Source: Lama guanicoe (taxonomy: Eukaryota). Taken from it: a DNA stretch of 64,000 nucleotides. A program made the position numbers and the translations under genes. Under the pieces are notes generated by a model. That model made no database searches, had not been told where the DNA came from, and saw only the letters and a program-made list of their open reading frames with translations. The stretch covers positions 5,062,167-5,126,166 of the forward strand of contig MU054001.1 of assembly GCA_013239625.1 (NCBI GenBank), given 5' to 3'. Below are positions 61,301 to 64,000 of the stretch, one piece after another. How positions within the stretch are numbered: the stretch's first letter is position 1; the number at the start of each line of letters is the position of its first letter.

Positions 61301-61799
61301 TTTTTCCATTATTATCATCTTGTTATATATGTAAGAAAACAGTATGTGAAATTATCCCAGGCTAATGAGAATGGAACTGAGGTGTCCTTACTGTATATCA
61401 CATATCTGATTATATAGTCATTTAAATAGAGAAAAATGTTGAGAACAGATGGTAAAAGGGATGTGACAAACTCAGAAAACACTGGTGCCGCAAGAAAACA
61501 GCCCTGTATTTGTATAATCCATCATCAAGACCATCAAAGTCCTGTTAGCTGTATCCTGATCCATCCACCTCTGGTCATGCCCATGTGATCACTCTCTGTA
61601 GCAGTTCAGAGTGACCCAGATCCTTGTAGGATCCATGGTGTAAGGGGCTTGGAAGAGCTTCATGGGACTGGACCCGGGACTTGAAGTTTGGACTGGATTT
61701 GAAAGCGTTCTTAGGGAGAACTTAAGGCACAGAGGTCACAGGAGCAGGGAGTGAGAAATTAGGGTAACAGGTTTAGGGGAAAAGGAGGGTTATGAGGAC

Positions 61800-62320
61800 T
61801 CGAAATCCTTCTCAAGTTACAAGAAGAATCCAAAGAAGATTTATTATCTTAAGAGGCGGGGAGTTAGGCTTCAAGCACGCATGGATGCTGAAACTAAGGG
61901 GATGTCGTGAATCTGGTTCTTCCTCTTCCACCTGAAATCTCTGCCCTCCTCGTTGTCAGCTTCTCTCTCACAGAGCCCCCTGGAAAGACCAGGCTTGCAT
62001 CCTCCTAGCTGAGCAACCAGAGGGCAGAGTGCTTCTCTTTGCCAACAATTCCCACAGAAGTCCTGGAATCTTAGCTGAGCTACTAGTTAGTAAGTGGAGT
62101 CATGTCTCAATTCTGAGCTGATCCCAGGGTCCAGGGGGGTGAAATATTCTTATTGGTCAGGACTGAGTCATGGATCCCCTTTGAAGGTGGGAGATGAGAC
62201 CCCACACTAACTGATGGGCCAAGCATGGAGGAAAGGTTGTTCCTCCAAAAGAAAATCAAGGTATTGTCACCAGAAAAGGGACAACAGATGTTGGGAAGGC
62301 AAAACAATATATTTCTACCA
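61800..62320 (-). mobile_element. MLT1K-like MaLR LTR
   Basis: ggcttcaagcacgcatggat; caggcttgcatcctcctagct; ggttgttcctccaaaagaaaatcaaggtattgtcaccagaaaaggg...gatgttgggaaggcaaaaca. Confidence 0.7.
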
Positions 62321-63188
62321 TGGGAGCCAGTCATGATGCAGTGATGGTTTGACATCTTTCACACTCTTGGCCAGCCCAGAGAATATGTGTGGTTGTGTTC
62401 TGAAGACCAAGGGAAATGCCGAACATAACCCCAGGGTGGAGAAGAATTTATGATAAAAACACCCCCCTGGCAGAGCAGGCTGTCTGCCCCAGACTCAGCA
62501 AATGAAGCCCAGCTTAATTGCTTGCAGTCTTGGATGAACTTCTAACTCTTTAGCCCTAGGAGAGGAAAAATTGCATAGACAACCTGCTTTCTCTCCTTGG
62601 CATGCTGAGCCTGGGAGAAAGTTATTTAACGTCTCTCAGCAGTGGTTCCCCAGCTGTGAAAATAGGATGACAATCCTTACCCATTCAGGGCCTCAGGCAG
62701 AGCTGGGGGGAGAGCAGGATCCATGACAAAGTCTTTCCAGGTTGTGGGCTGGACAGCAGTTTAGAAATGTGGTGTCAGGACTTTGGAGTCTTCACAGTTT
62801 TTAGTCATCAGAAGAGCTTTGAGAAACCTTTCCCCAAGTTTCAAAATACTTGGTAATGTTCTCTCCTACTTTTGGTGTTAATGAGAAAGTGAAATATCCC
62901 CAAAACGCGCTTTCTCCATTGGCATTTGCGCCTCTTGTGAATCCACTCAAACCTTGGTGGCGATGGCAACATCTGAGGATGAGCTGGAGTTGGTGGCAGT
63001 GTCCTAGAGCAGAGGGTTAAGGGCACTGGTCCTGGAGAAATGCTTTCCTATGCCAGGCACGTATTATGGGAGGTGAACATCTATCTGTTCTTGGTGAGCT
63101 CAGAATCTAGCAGAGGAGAGAGAAAGAGAGAGGGACAGAGACAGAGACAGAGAGAGAATGAACAATCACAAACAATTACTATCTAGAA

Positions 63189-63503
63189 TAAAAGTTGGCA
63201 AACTAAGACCCACAGATTCAATCTGGCCCACTGCCTGCATGTTTTTATATGACCCATGAATCATTTTTAAATGGTTGAAAAAAAATCAAAAGAAGAAGAA
63301 TATTTTGTGACAGGTGAACAATGTAGGAAATTCAAATTTCAATGCTGATAAATAAAGTTTTATTGGCACACAACCCTACTCATTTGTTTACATAATATCT
63401 GTAGCTGACATTGTATTTCAACAGCAGAACTGCATAGCTAGGACAGAGCGTGCATGGTTCACAAGGCCCAAAACATTTCACAGAAAGAGTTTGCTGACTC
63501 CTA
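63189..63503. mobile_element. MER58B (hAT-Charlie) MITE
   Basis: gttggcaaact...tttttaaatggttgaaaaaaaatcaaaagaag...aaataaagttttattggcacac...agtttgctgactccta; TSD atctagaa / ttctagag (NTCTAGAN target). Confidence 0.88.
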
Positions 63504-63571
63504 TTCTAGAGAAATGTAATTTGTTCCAATAAAAGAACTGATATAAAGAAGAAGGCCCAAAAGGAGTTTTT

Positions 63572-63744
63572 GTTTTTCTTTTTTAAAAAAATTGTATTAT
63601 TTAATTATTTTATTTTGGCAGTGGAGGAGGATTAGGTTTATTTATGTATTTATTTATTTATTTTTAGAAGAGACACTGGGAATTGAACCCAGGACCTCGT
63701 GCATGCTAAGCATACTCTATACCACTTGAGCTATACCCTACCCC
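63572..63744 (-). mobile_element. tRNA-Ala-derived camelid SINE (Vic-1 type), long form
   Basis: attaggtttatttatg...actgggaattgaacccaggacctcgtgcatgctaagcat...accacttgagctataccct. Confidence 0.9.
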
Positions 63745-63849
63745 CAAGAGGAGAAGTTTTCAATGCAATAGACATTTGATCTGGGTCTTGAAGATGGGTA
63801 GGATTCTAACAGGAAGAAGTAAAGTCAGGAGCCATGGACTTAGAAGCTT

Positions 63850-63945
63850 GTATCCCCCTTTTATAGATGAGGACTAAGAGACTGAGAGGTGGAGCTGGAA
63901 TTTTGAGTCAAGTCTGACTTACTTCATAGCTCAGCTCTTTCTGAC
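63850..63945 (-). mobile_element. MIR SINE fragment
   Basis: ccccttttatagatgagg...gactgagagg...aagtctgact. Confidence 0.55.
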
Positions 63946-64000
63946 TTCCCCTTTCCAGCCATTAGAAAACTTAAAGTGATGGGGTACACATACTCTAAAG

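Noticed and set aside
1..64000. Assigning a host gene or a novel multi-gene system
   Set aside because: There is no recognisable coding exon, promoter CpG island or processed pseudogene, so any gene name would be a guess.

Overview
This is 64 kb of mammalian (eutherian) non-coding DNA, either intronic or intergenic. It is most likely from a camelid: it holds four short tRNA-Ala(AGC)-derived SINEs of the camelid Vic-1 type and a young artiodactyl-type L1 3' end. I find no credible protein-coding exon, rRNA, tRNA gene or CRISPR array. The ORF track consists of chance frames and L1/L2 remnants. A large fraction of the window is transposon fossils: many MIR and L2 fragments; a 5.7-kb L1 on the minus strand that keeps its 5' end but has lost its 3' end; a 2.5-kb old L1; MaLR/ERVL LTRs (MLT1A/D/K, LTR33, MER21); and DNA-transposon MITEs (MER45A, MER44A, MER53, MER58B, MER102, Tigger). 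Several of these are nested inside one another. Between the repeats lie repeat-free, homeodomain-motif-rich, CpG-retaining blocks that look like developmental enhancers. The most notable oddities are a 73-bp TTAA-flanked piggyBac-like inverted-repeat element, a palindromic double-octamer hairpin, a SINE carrying a 90-bp foreign insert inside its TSDs, and an 80-bp dispersed duplication of a splice-acceptor-like sequence. Repeat family names come from remembered consensus sequences, not a database search, and most boundaries are approximate. I cannot name the host gene, and I do not see a clearly new multi-gene system.
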